DNA of 64,000 nucleotides from Octopus vulgaris (GCA_951406725.2 OX597815.1:155558001-155622000); one strand, 5' to 3'. Counted from the stretch's first letter, positions 14,169-29,200 are shown. The notes: generated from the sequence alone by a model not told the origin. Program-made: numbers and translations.

Positions 14169-16094
14169 CCATCATCATCATCATTTAACGTCTGCTTTCT
14201 ATGCTAGCATGGGTTGGACGATTTGACTGAGGTCTGGCGAACCAGACTCCAATCTGATCTGGCAGTGTTTCTACAGCTAGATGCCCTTCCTAACACCAAC
14301 CACTTCGAGAGTGTAGTGGGTGCTTTTACGTTCCACCGGCATGAGGGCCAGTTTGGTGGTACTGGCAACAATTTATATATACAATTTATATAATTTATAT
14401 ATATATACAGGGTGTTTCAACAAATTTGAAATCATTTCACAAACTAATAACTTTGTCAATTCTTGTTCAAATGATTTCAAAGTTTAACAGCATCTGTAAA
14501 AGCAAGTCAAAATTTTATGTTTAGTGTTTGATATGTTTATCTTTTCAGGTATAGAAATGGCATTCACTGGAAGAGAAAAGGCATTTTGTGTGTTGGAGTA
14601 TGCTCGAACCCAGTCGAACAGTACTGTGCAGTGTGCATTGGTGAGAGATTTCTTTAAAAGTCACCAACAGCAATGCAGATTTGGACATGGCACAAAAAAT
14701 TCAAAGAGGAAGGCTATCTGTGCAAGGCAAAAGGATCTGGATGATCACTAACATTGTAAGAGATGGTCAAGCAGGTTTGCCAAAAACTCTTGTGAAGAAG
14801 TTTATAACAAGAACAAGGCTGGAAACCTGGATTCCTCCAATGACTTTTTGGTGAATCTTGAGGAAACACTTGCTAATGAAACCCTACAAGATGCAGTTTA
14901 TTCAGGCCATAACTGAAGATGACAAGTGAAAGTGCAGACAATTCTGTGTTGATATGGAAGAGAAACTTAAAGAAGCTGAGTTCAAGGAACGTCTTGTTTT
15001 CAGTGATGTGGCCACATTTCATAAGAATGGCAAAGTCAATAAGCATAATGTTTGCATTTGGGGGTGAAGAAAATCCTTATGCCACAGTTGAGCACGAGTG
15101 GAACCCAGCAAAAGTGAATGTGTTCTGTGCCATCTCCAAGAAGCATCTTCGTGGCCTGTTTTTCTTTGAGGGAAATGTGACCGGCGATGTTTGTCTGCAA
15201 ATGCTTCAGAACTGGCTAATGGATGAGCTCATTGCAAACGAACATAAAGACTTCATTTTTCAACAGGATGGGGTTCTACCTCACTGGAACCTCACTGTGC
15301 GGGCTTATTTCAATGACAATCTGTGAGGGAGATGGTTCGGGCATGCTGATGATGAAGACAATGTACTGTTGAAATGGCCACCACGTTCACCTGATCTGAC
15401 ACCTTGCGATTTTTTTCTCTGGGATTATGTGAAGGGTCTGGTTTATGTCCCCCATCTTCTTGCAAGCCTAGAGGACCTCAAGCAGAGAATCACTACCACA
15501 TTGGAGACTGTTACCCAAGACATGCTGTAGCATGTTTAGGAGGAGCTGGACTACCAACTTGACATGTGCCATGTCTCAGGTGGTGCGCATATTGAACATT
15601 TGCGACATCGTTCATGGAGTCCACATACCTTTAAATTTCTCATTCAAATTAGGAGGAATAAATCTTTTGTTGCCTGTTTAGTTTCATTTGATTTGACTGT
15701 GTAGTTTCTGTGATATTTACATCTCAAATGATATCAAATTTTTGAAACACCCTGTATGTATGTATGTATGTAGTATGTATGTATGAGTGGAGGCGCAATG
15801 GCCCAGAGCAGGGATGGTGGTGATCCCTGCTGTACTCTTTCACCACAACTTTCTCTCACTCTTACTTCCTGTTTCTGTTGTACCTGTATTTCAAAGGGCC
15901 AGCCTTGTCACTCTCTGTGTCATGCTGAATATCCCCAAGAACTACGTTAAGGGTGCATGTGTCTGTGGAGTGCTCAGCCACTTACACGTTAATTTCACGA
16001 ACAGGCTGTTCCGTTGATCGGATCAACCGGAACCCTCGTCGTCGTAACCGACGGAGTGCTTCCATCCATGTATGTATGTATGTGTGTATATATA

Positions 16095-16136
<42 letters not shown>

Positions 16137-17462
16137 GTAAGGAATATAATTCCAAAACTTACAGGGAAAAATTCAATTTAACAATTTTAAATCAAATTTC
16201 CCAATATATAATATATGTATATAATTTAGAGAAAAATCTCTATTAAACAATTCAATTAAGAAAGATGTTATTCACACCATATAGAAAATCTTAATCTAAA
16301 AATCAATAAAATACAATGAATAGTAAATAGTAGTAAAAATGCTTCAGAACTGGCTAATGGATTTACTATTTATTGTACTTCATTGATTTTTAGATTAAGG
16401 TTTTTTAATAGTATATGTTTTCTATATGGTGTGAATAACATCTTTCATTATTGAATTGTTTAATAGCAGTTTTTCTCTAAATTATATACATCATCATCAT
16501 CATCATCGTCGTTTAACGTCCGTTCTCCATGCTAGCATGGGTTGGACGGCTCGACCGGGGTTCTGGGAAGCCAGAAGGCTGCACCAGGCTCCAGTCTAAT
16601 CTGGCAATGTTTCTACAGCTGGATGCCCTTCCTAACGCCAACCACTCCGTGAGTGTAGAATATGTATATATACATATATATATAATAATGGATTAAATGA
16701 AAAAAAAAAAACCAAAGATCAAAGAGAAAGTAAGTGAATCGAAATTGCCAAATGGGGGGCGGGGGCAGTTGTAATTTTAATATCAGCTGCTGGATTGTCC
16801 ATATAAATCCACTGCAGGTAGTAGTTCTTGTTTCTGGATAGACTGGAACCTATTACCAATTATTGGTAATACATTCCAGTGCTATTGGGGAAATTATCTG
16901 CAATAGATTATTGTCTTATCCAGAAGAACACTTTGCCAATCGTTTGCTTATGTATTTTAATTCTATAGTGCAGTTGGTGGAACCAATTATTTGTCTATTG
17001 TATTTTTAATGGCCAGAGTAGCAAGGGAGCGTCAGTTAATATATATGTAAACATTGTCTCTCAGATCCCTTCCACAAGGTGTTGGTCATTAACTTCAGCT
17101 TTGTAAAACAAATATAAATACATAGAGACACCAATTCCATTCTTACACACACTCACAAGCCATGCCTAATAAAACCAGAATGAAATATCAGCTTTATATA
17201 TCTTTGATGTTGATCAGTGGATTAACTTCACTTTGTAAAACAAATATAAATACATAGAGACACCAACTTATTCTTACACACACTCACAAGCACATACATA
17301 CACACCTGTGTATGTGTGTTTATAAACACACATACATATATAAATTCACTTACATGAAAATGGTGTACATATATTTACATACATATGTGTATATATATGT
17401 ATACATATATTTACATGTATATGTATGTGTACATACATACATACATACATACATACATACAT

Positions 17463-17499
<37 letters not shown>

Positions 17500-20400
17500 T
17501 ACACACACACACACACACACACTCTCAATTTAATTTAACATTACTTTCTAATAGGAGAGAGAGCATACTAATGTGGTCAGAACTCCTTGTTGACAGAATC
17601 ATCATGTTTTCTTTTTATCCCATCGCTGTCAATATGATGTTTGAATATGATATCAAATATGTTTGAACATAATATCAAATGTTTGAACATAATATCAAAT
17701 ATATTTGTATAAATTATCAAATAACCCAGCTGCAATTATTTTCACAGTGCAGGAGAAACCAATAGAAATTTAATGACTTCAGTGGAGTGCAAAACTAACT
17801 GCCAATTAATTGGCAAGTAGTTCATTAACCGAAGTCATTGAAATCTTGATTCATATGCACCAAATTAAGAGAACTGTCCAAAGAAATCAACAAATTATGG
17901 AGAATTAGAAAGTTATCAGAGCCAGAAATCACAGAATGGAAGCAAACTAAAAAAGATAACACATGAATTGCGACCACTGAAAATTATGGTCAACCAGTTA
18001 TAATATTCTTGAGTATAGCCATAAGATTTACCCACCTGAAAATTGAAGACATCATTCCATATAGGGTTTAAGGCATTACGTTGTATAACTTTGGTTTTGT
18101 GTTTTGTACAGTCAACAGGAATACCAATGATTTCTACTTCCACTTGTGTGTGGGCACTCAGACTTGGATTTACATACTGACCTGAGATCAACTAGAAATA
18201 AATAAATTCTGCTATGAAAGTATTTCATATTCAGTCATAGAACTTCACATGTTTATTAAATTGTTACAGAGAAAAACAGGAAGAATTTAAGAAATTGTAT
18301 GTAAATATTAAGGACTGTAGTTATTTGAAAATGCCTTTTGCAAAGAAATGAATCTTGCAAGTGGAGAATTAATCAATGAGTATTCCCCCTCTTTGTTTTG
18401 TAAAAGCAAACTTCTAAGGCTGAACTTGTTAAATAATGTAGAAGAATCTTTAAGGAGATGAACCATTTTTGTCAAAAAACAATGGTTCTCAACTTTTTGT
18501 AGTTCAATACCCACTTTCATGAAATGGTGCTTTTTTACAACTGCCCCATCTCCAGGTAAACTACAATACCCCCCTGCAAACTCCCCAAATGATTATTTCA
18601 ATCAAACAGAAGCTAATTTTGTGTAGTGGTTTATTATCCATTTTTTCCCCCTTATACTAAATTATCCAGCATGTGCAACTTTACAGATGTTTTGTGTCAA
18701 CTAATACTCTCATGTTCAAATTTTTATAAACATTACTAAAGAACATGAAGACCTACAGAACAAAATTATTTTGGATCTGGTACTTCATCAGTCATGTCTT
18801 TACTCACTGTTAACACAATTCATACTCACACTGTAATTCTAACTAAGATATTTTTTGAAAAAAATGTGCTTAAAATATGTTGTACTTGGTTTTAAATATT
18901 GTATTCCTAAGAAAAGTCATAAACTCTTCCATATAACTAAAACTCATCTATAATGTTCTCTTGACATTTATATCCCCTTTATAAGCACACCACATTTCCC
19001 ACAAGTTTGCTGCAGCCTAAGTTAAGAACTACTAGATTAATCCTTTAGCATTCTGATTACTCCCAAATGTAATGATTATCTTTAATTAGTCATGACTTAT
19101 CTTGTAGCTTTGAGATTTTGATGAGATGATTGTTTATTTTTAGAGTGACATTGCAGGATGAGGTGTAAGAGGCTGGATCTAGTCAGTTTGAACATAAAAT
19201 AGCAGAATATTTGGGCCGGATATGACCAGTTTAAATGCTAAAGTGTTAAAGAGTTTGGAATCATAATTCAAAGATGCATCAACTTAATATTTTTCTCCCC
19301 CCCCACCACAATAAACCAATTGAGTCTTTCTGAATACTAATATCCATATTTTCTAAGTAGAAGCTGATTTTTCTCATTTATCTTCCTTCTAATTCTGATC
19401 AAGCTCAAAGTGTAATTTATTCTTCATTTTTAAGAATTTTCATGGAATCTTTCAAATGCAATCTTGAGCAAATGAGGAATTTGTTTGACCAGCTCAATAT
19501 AGTAGATAGTGTCTTTAACAAACTGCTTAACATCTTAAAAACTAAAACCATGTCTTAAGTCTTATTTGCTAGACATATTTAACTATGTTAATTAGTTACT
19601 GTGTTTAATCATATTCAACTTCTCCAAAGATCCACTCTAGAAGAATTAACACAAGCTTCATATCTATCTATTGATATGCTTAATTCATTATCAGAACTTT
19701 TTAAAACACCCACTTCTGCACTGAACATTTGTCATTCAGGGTTTTCTCCTTCTATCACTGAGAACCCATCACAATGATAACAATTCTAAAACTTTAGTTG
19801 ATTAATTATTTTCGTTTTATGATGCTAATTTCCTGTCATCTCTTTCTATGAGTTTAAGCAGATGTAGCACTGTATAAACAGTATTACTTATTCAGTCGTT
19901 CTCTCATTTATTAATGTATTTTATAATATGAACCCAGCTGCTTTATTAATATTTCACGCAAGTTTCTTTTAGATCAAGCCATTATTGTTCTGGCACTGTA
20001 TTTCAATAATGATATTCAAAAGTAAATTTTTAACATCATAATTTTGTTTGAAGATGCTTGGCACATTTCCATCACAATAGATTATTTATATTCTCAAAGA
20101 AAAAAAGGCATGTTTTTACTCTACCAAACTGTAGTTAATTCAGGTTCTTAGAGAAATAACAGTTGTTATTGGATGGAATGAAACACTAGTAGAATTAAAG
20201 ACCTGGTGTTTGATGATGTGACATATTTAGTACATGGAAAATCAGTTTATTTGAAGTTACTAATTGATTTATTTGGTCAGTACTCTTGAAAATTGATTGG
20301 TAGTGCAGAAGAGGCAGAGCGAGGAGACATCAAGTCTGTGGGTCAGAAGATGGAAGATGATGATAAGTGGCTTAATGATAGTCATTAGGGTGGTCTTTTT

Positions 20401-22603
20401 ATGTAGTCTAGGATGTCTGTATGTGTTGTGGCAACACTGTCCTAGTTATGCAGGCAACAACAGCCTTGCATATACGGATGATTTCATTCCTCCATAATCT
20501 TCCATAATTATGTATCATCCACAGTCAAGCTAGATATCACATACCAAACCTACACTGATTTTATGAAGGAACACCTCAAAAGCATCCTCTTAGAGAGACA
20601 TTGTTAATCCTCCCTCATTCAACAACAAAACACATATGCTTAACACTGCATCTCACTGTACTCTAAACACGAGCAGCATGTAACAACAGTCCTTGAGACA
20701 TTCCAAATGTTAAGCCTCAGCAAGTTCAGAGGAACATCTATTTCTGTAGTAGAAGGGACAGGGAGAAATTACAGCCCTTCTGTTGTCCAACAGTTGCTGA
20801 ATGTTGGTCCTTGAAAGCTGACTTGAACATGAAGTAATTTGAAATCCTTCATAAGGCTTCTCCCGTATGAACATTCTGAAACATTTAATCTAAATCTGTT
20901 TTCTAAAACTTTAACTGATCCCAGATAAAACCCAAAAGTTTACCACTAGTAATTAGCTACTCCTTACACTTTGCATCTAAGAGAAGTCATCTAACTAGTA
21001 ATGAACACAATGATGTAGTTGTAATTTATCAATTCACTAGCGGTATAGCCCAGCGTTGCTTGACCCTTTAGAATTTGAATTTTTGAAAAGTAAAAATTTT
21101 GCATTATGTAGCTTGTTATTCTCTTTAAGTGAACATTTTTCTGGTTGAAATACACCAAAAAATGGCGACACAGCAGTCAAAAAATCGTAAAAAATAGGGA
21201 TTTTCATAGAAAAAAGCACCTTTTTGATGTAAATAATTTTTGGTGTTAACATGGTCCGATTTGAATTTTTTCTTCTACGGAAGGAAGAGCAAGCTTTCTT
21301 CTATCTTACTCTCAGTTTTGGTCAACTTGTGCTGCAGGGTCTCGGAGGAGATAGTGTTAGTTGAAGGCCACCAAACCTGCCATACACAGACAACTTCAGC
21401 TTCATATATATATATATATATATGTAGATTAGTTCCACAGATCCACAGTACCACTAAGTCCTTATAGGTATGGCCATGCTGGTGTACCACTATAAGTCAC
21501 TACTGTCTTTCACTGCATCTTATGGTTTTCTTGTATTATCTTCATTGTTGTTTTGTTTGAGCAAGTATATTTTGACTTGCGTATTTTAAAATAATGTTTT
21601 ACTGTTTTAAGAGAGTGGGACGGGCAGTAACTATGCCCATTTTCAAGTCTCTGTGAATGGCAGGAAGAAGGAAAGAAGTTATATTCAGGATAATTGAGAC
21701 AGAGTGGGTTCTGCCTAAGGCATCCAAAGACAAGGATGTGGTGTTAAACAGGGCAACACATCAAATCTACACTCTAGGAACAGGAATGATCCCTCTAAGG
21801 TCTCCACATAATTTCCATCAACCAAATTTAACCCAACAAGGCTTTGTTTATTCTCAAACTGTGAGAGAAGACACTTGCTCTAAGTAATGCAAAGTGGGAT
21901 TAAAATAAAAAACATGTAATTTCAAAGTGATGTTCTTAGCCATTAGAGCATCAGAGAATGCCTTGTGTATTTGTTCTGGCTCTCAGAACCTGAGTTCAAA
22001 TCCTGCTGATATAAACTTTGTCTTGCATTCTTTTGGCGTTAACAAAATATCAGTCCAGAATATGGGTTAGTGAAACTGTAAGGACATCAGACTGGATATT
22101 CTGTGGTAGCTATTCTAGTTTCTTGTTGCCTTTTAAGTTCAAATCCTGCTATGGACTGCTTAGAGGATAGACTCAGTCTATCACATTGTTTAACACCACC
22201 ACCTGGTGCTGTGAGTTCCTTTAGCTGAGTTTACATTGGTGTAAGCATTCAGGCCAGGTCTCTGGTTTGAGGATACTTTCCTCTCTCCTTTCCACTTATC
22301 TCAGGGGCCCACTGAGGGTCATGGGTAATTCTTTCCTTCCTGACTAAAAAAAGATAAAAAGAAAATGACATGCTTGCACCCATGTCTCTTGTCCTAATGT
22401 TGTAAATATGTTATTGCTCATAAATGTTGAGATGGTTGGTATGTTGGACTAATTTTAGTTACACCTTAAATTTTTAGTTCAAATTTTGCATGTGTTCTTT
22501 TGCGTATGTAAATTATGCAGCTGTAAGATGTAAATTGTCCTTACACCTATATAAGAAATCTTCATGTGTTTTGCTGATTTTATCTATTTATTTATTTATC
22601 TAT

Positions 22604-22646
<43 letters not shown>

Positions 22647-25600
22647 TCTATTTATTCTCTTATAGCAAACCAGATCAAAAGCATTTTTAAAAATATTCTT
22701 TCTTGAAATATATTATTCTAAACATTACTGTAAATGAGAAAAACTTGACATCAAAACATCATGCCTTGGTTAAAAGAAAATTTCTGAAGCTGTAAGAAAA
22801 TGTTAGCCTGACTTAGAAAGAACACTTACATGAAGTGTGAGCACCGTTGCATGAATCCCATCAAATTCTTTATCAAATGGACTGAATCGTGTGTACATGA
22901 CATGATTCTTATCCCACATAACTTCAGGTTTCAATACTAGTCCACATTTTCTATTCTGTTCAAACAATGTCGTATTCAGTGCCATGGCTGTGTCTGAAAG
23001 TAAAAGGGAAATATTTTTATATTAAAATTAATCACTATTCTTTTTAATTACTTTCCAATTAACTATGATGGAAGGTAATTTTTAAACCACAACAATATTC
23101 TACTATATGTAAGCTGTTTGGAATTTTAGAAATAAGAGATACTAAGAAGGCAATTACTATTTTCCTTTTCTTTATATATCTCTTATTTCAGGCAGGCATA
23201 AATAAGGGCTCTGCAAAGTTTTGTAAAGAAGGGCCAACATTTATTGCTATTGCTGTCATGTTGTCTCAAGTCAGCTCTGATGACCTAAATCATGCACATA
23301 GCTTAACCATTATGTATCATTCCCAAATTTTCTATACCTCCACCTAACAAAAGATCATACTGCACATTATTTTAATGTATTTATTTTAAGGGCTGGGTAA
23401 CCAGCACTAATGACTTCTTTTCAATGTCTTTAATGCTTGTAAAAGTTAGGTATCCTCAGACTGGAGATTTGGGTCAAATGTTTGGACAATGGTGAGTTGT
23501 TGTGAGTGGCTGGTGTGTATCAGTTATGTGAGAATGTGTGCTATGTTGTTTTATTGGAGGTGAAACTTGGCTGGCAAACTCAATAGAGCGTTGTGAAAAA
23601 AAAAATGACTTGCAGTACTTCTTCCAGTACTTCATCCTTTCAGAGGCTGATAAAATAATATACCAGTCAAGTACTTGGGTTGATGTGCTTGACTAAGCCC
23701 TTCCCACTAAAAATCACTGGCCTTGTAACAAAACTAGAAATTATCATCATCATCATCATCATTGTCCTCATCATCATCATTGTCATCATCATCGTCATTG
23801 TCATCATCATCATTGTCGTCATCATCATCGTCGTACTCATAATCATCATCACCATCATCACCGTTGTTAAGACACCGAGTTGGCAGAATTGTTAGCGCAC
23901 TGGGAATAATGCTTAGTGGCATTTCGTCTGTTTTTAGGTTCTGAGTTCAAATTCTGCCAAGGTTGACTTTGTCTTTCATCCTTTTGGGGTCAATTAAATA
24001 AGTACCAGTTGAGCTCTGGGGTCGATGTAATCGACTTAACTCCTACCCCAAAATTTAAGGCCTTGTACCAATAGTGGAATATAAATGACAAACCTCTTCC
24101 CCCTGAAAAAAATTTGCTATATTTAGAGCACTTAGGCACATTTAGTGTTGCCCTGTATTATTCGTAATTTTCATTATTAACAATTCCCCATGTCTATATT
24201 TTGCCTCATCTGTGAAGTCAAGCACTCTGTTATCATTTCAGTAATCCTTCTATTTAGTCTTAAATCTCTAAATAACAATACTAACACCACTTGATATATG
24301 AAATCTGTTCAAAGATTACAAAAATTGATTCATAGGTGCAGACATGGCTATGTAGTAAAAAGCTTACTTCCCAACCACATGTTTCTGGGTTCAGGCTCAG
24401 TGTATGACACCTTGGGCAAGTGTCTTCTACTATACCCTTGGACTGACCAAATCCCTGTTAGTAGTTGACATTTGGAAGGGCATCCAGGTGTAAAAACCAT
24501 GCCAAAACTGACCTCGCTTGTGCTGGTGTCACATAAAATGTCCACTCTACAGGGTGGTTGGTGTTAGGAAGGGCAACCAGCTATAAAAACTATGCCAAAA
24601 CAGACAGTTGCCTGGTGTAGGCTTTAACCAGGCCGGCTCCTGTCAAACTGTCCAACCCATGCAAGAATGGAGGATGGACATTGATGGTGATGATGATGAT
24701 GATGATGATTATGATGATGATGATGCATGTAAGTGTCTTTGTGTTTGTTCCCACCACTGCTTGGCAGCAGTTGTTGGTGTGATTACATCCCAGTAACCTC
24801 GCAGTTCAGCAAAAGTGACCAATAGAATAAGTATTGGGGTGAATTCATTTGACTAAAATTTCTTCAAGGCAGTGCTCCAGCATGGCTGTAGTCAAGTGAT
24901 TGAAACAAATAAAAACAAAAAAAAAATCCTGCAAACAAATAACAGATTTTACAAAGAATTTTCTGAGTCCACACTCTCGTTTATTCAGTTTTAGTAGTGG
25001 CCCTACTAAGTCATCCTGTTTAACACCACAACCTGATTCTTGAGGGCCTTTAACCGAATTCCCTCTTATGCAAGCATTCAGACAAAGTTTCCAGGACCCT
25101 CTCTGCTCAATGTCATTTTATGAAGACATTGACTTGTAAATGTCCAGGCTAGGTTTCAGCTGTGCCAATCTAACATGTCTGAGGCAGAGGACCTGTGTAG
25201 ATAAAAGATAATATCCCACCTTCTCTGATGACTTTAACCAAGAAAAAAAAAAAAAGGCAGCTGTATAATTTCAGATCTAAAGTTTTAGTTTCATATTCAT
25301 GCTTCTTACCTTCAGTTTGGTAATTAAGAGCTACCATTTGTATTCCAAATATCCAAAACTGCATTGGGTTAAAATTGGAAGAATCTATTCTTACTCCAGC
25401 TGGATACGTTCTCATCAGTTGTTTCTCTGTATGAGTGACATCATTAAGGAAATATAACAATTGTTCATTATTATCATCATTGTCAACACCACGATCAGCA
25501 TCTTCTTTTATCATCCTCATCAATATTATTGTTATTATTGTCATAATATCATCATCTTAATCATGATGATGATCAAGAACAACACAAGGATATTGATCAT

Positions 25601-28600
25601 ACTCATGATGATTATCATTGCTATAATTACAATCTTTATTGTTGTGTCACAATATTATCATAATGATCATTTTCTTTTGTTTACCTCTACCAACTCCTCT
25701 TCATTCTCTCTGTTGTATCATCTCCACCATCACAACCATCACCACCACCACCACCATCATCATCATCACAGTTATCCCTGTCATTCATTTAGCTAAACCT
25801 TCAGTAGTATTAATGATGATTACAAAAGATAAGTGTAAATTTCCTCATTATTACTGCCCCCACTGCCTTTTCATCCATCCCGACATGTTAATGTAGGTTT
25901 GGATGAAGTTACCATGATGTCCAGAGTCACTGTTGTTAAGTATGTACAACTGAAAACATTTATGCTGTGTCATGTTTTTGATAAGTATATTTCACATAAT
26001 TCACAACTGAGCTCTCATTAATTGTTTAAATACCTCACCTTTGAGCCATCAGAACATCCAGGATGTGACACCTAGAGGGATAGAGGGTTGCACAAATATC
26101 CAGCTGGTACTCATCGCAGTTGGACACTAGATGGTTGCTGCAACAGAGTGGAGCAATGTGAAATGAAGTTTCTTGTACAAAAATACAATACACTGTTTGT
26201 TCCAGGTATTGAACCCTTGATTCCATGAGCCAAACACACTAACCACTAAATTCTGTATGTTCACTAAAAATGTATCACCCTCTACCTTTGACTCTTCTTT
26301 TATAATACTGTTTTCTTTATCATCTTACTAAAGCATGGAGGTGAATTCTAAATGAACTAAGATCCTTTCAGCACTATTTGACATATTCAAGATACCCTTA
26401 GTAAAGAGTCCCACAGAAAAAATGGGTTGACAGGGTGCCAGGCTACTAAATGAAATTGTCAAAAGTCTGTAATCTATAAAAGACTGTATTCACAGGCTCA
26501 ATCTACATATATGAAAATATGTATTGAGAGGATGCCAAAAATTATTACTGCATGATTATTAAGTATGGAATAACAAAAGGACTTTGAAGTGTTGAGTTCA
26601 AGTTCTCTGAAATTGGGAAGATAACAAAACCACAATCATTATAGATTGCTTCTCAATCTCCTGCCATACACTGAGAACTTCCATTTGAATACTTTAACCC
26701 TTTAGTATTTAAAACAGCCATATTCAGCCCCAACTATTTCTACCTGCTTTATGTTCAAACTGGTCAAACCTGTCCTCTCACACCTATCCCAGGAAGTCAG
26801 TTTAAAAATAAGCAATCACTTCATTGAAATCACAAAACTACAAAGGTAATGCATGCATACCATAAATCCTCAAGTATAATCCGCATTTTTTTCCCCAAAA
26901 TCCCTAGTGCGTACTATATACGAGGTTAAAAATGAAAAATATTTTCTAAGCAAAATCCGAGTCTCTATTTGCTGTCCGGCAATGTTTATTCAAATGCATT
27001 TTGTGATGTCGGGCGAGAAAATACCTTAAGCTAAGCCTGAAAGTAATGAAGTCATAAAAGAATCGTCCATAACTTGCAGTAAGCAACATTTATTAAAATA
27101 AAAGTATTCAGAACATAGAATAACATGTAACAAAAACAATTTGCAAACATATTTATATTCCCATATAACAATTAAGAACATCACCGTTATTGTATTACGC
27201 ATGCGCAGAAGTGTTTGTTCGACTAGGTGCTGCTGGCTTAATTACGCACGACTCAAGTTAGAGAAGGGGTGCATATTATACACAAGATATAGGTTTTTCA
27301 GAAGTACCGCCCCCTAAAAATTCCCTGCATATTATACTCAAGTGCAGACTGTACTCGAGGATTTATGGTAATTCAAAACAATGTTAATAAACAAACATAA
27401 CTTTTGACAGAGAAATCTAAATACTAAAGGGTTAAGTTGCTGTTGTCAGTGATTTCATTGTTAACTTTTTGTGAATTCTTTCATTTGTCTGTACCAATTT
27501 AACTAGTACAACACTGAATATTTGAGATTTTCAACAGCCTGTATAATTCACTGTCATTTACATCTCTTATTGACATAAAAAATCGCAAGCAGATTTATAA
27601 AACTTTCCCAAAATTTCATCAGCTACTCCACTTACACTTAATCCTCTTTTAAACCCTCTTGACAACTTCTCACCTGAAATGCATCTGGTTCTATGACACA
27701 ACTTCCTGCTTTTAAGTAATCTAAATTAAAATCTCCAATCAAAATTTCATGTTAATTTGTTCCAAGCAACAGGTTAAATTCTTCATATTTTAAACAATTA
27801 ATTGAAACAAAGTTTCAACAGAATATGATAAAAAAAAAGGTTAACATCCTGACACCACAACAAGATTTTTATCTCCAGCAAGCTGATTCCTCAAATATAT
27901 TTGATTTGCACCCCACTCAAGTCATTCACTAATGTACTGACTCTTTAATACACTGTTGATTTAATATTTAGTAAAGGTTGTAATACTTCATGAAATCAAA
28001 ATCAAAAGGCAAATGTTATTCTAGTTTTAATAAACTGAAATTAAATTTTAGACTAAAATGAAATTTTAAAAGGGCTGAAAATTGAGTTTGAAACAATTAC
28101 ATTTATGAAATTAAATTTCAGTTCAAAGTTGGCAGTTTGCAATTTCAGGCACAATTTCACTTCAGAAAATCACTTCAGTGTTTTGGAATTTGAAACTTCT
28201 ATCCATACATGGATTCTATCCACCTATGGATTCTATCCACCTATGGATTCTATCCACCTATCCACCAACCTTCATTACACATTTATTCCTGTGAGGTTTG
28301 TGTGTGGGGGCAGAGTTCTCAGATATGTTTTCAAGACAGTTCTTTCAGAAGTAAGACCAGCCAAGGCCATGATTTTTTTTATTCAACCACCCTACTCATT
28401 CATTGATGATAGAAGGTAAGCAGGTAGAGGGGAATCTTCTTGCTATGATCTCATCATTGCAGGAATAACATTCAGTTCCAATTTCTCTGCTTTCATTTAT
28501 GCATTTCAATGTATTTACATCCATCTCATCATATATACTTACAGTATCATACTAGTGATTGAGTATAGGCACAGGTGTGACTTTATAGGTGCAGGCATGG

Positions 28601-29200
28601 CTGTATGGAAAGAAGCTTGATTCCCAACCACATGGTTCCGGATTTAGTCCCACTGTGTGGAACCTTGGGTTAGTGTCTTCTACTATAGTCCCAGACTGAC
28701 CAAAGCCTTGTGATTAGATATGGTAGAGGGAAACTGAAAGAAGCCCATTGTATATATATATTTACATGTCTGTGTTTGTCCCCTACCATCGTTTGGCAAC
28801 CAATGTTGATGTGCTTACATTCCTGCAACTTAGTGGTTTGACAAAAGAGACCGATAGAATAAATACTGGGCTTACAAAGAATAAATCCTGAGGTTGATTT
28901 CCTCAACTAAAACCCTTTAAGGCAGTGCTCCAGCATAACCGCAGTGAAATGACTGAAACATGTAAAAGAATAAAATAATATGTATATATATATATATATA
29001 TAATAATAATAAAAACCACAAGCCTTGTTAATTACAACTACCTGGGGTTTTGTGGCCAAAACCTTTAAATATTTCAACCAGGAAACCCTGGGTAGCTGTA
29101 ATTAACAAGACTTGTGGTTTTTATTATAGCATTATCTCTACTCTCTTAGCTGATTGAGTGCTATTCTACTTGTTGAAACCTTACTACATAATATATATAT

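Noticed and set aside
16740-17040. Possible decayed Penelope-like ORF (IGKVFF-like peptide on minus)
   Set aside because: Too short and degenerate to support without a profile search.
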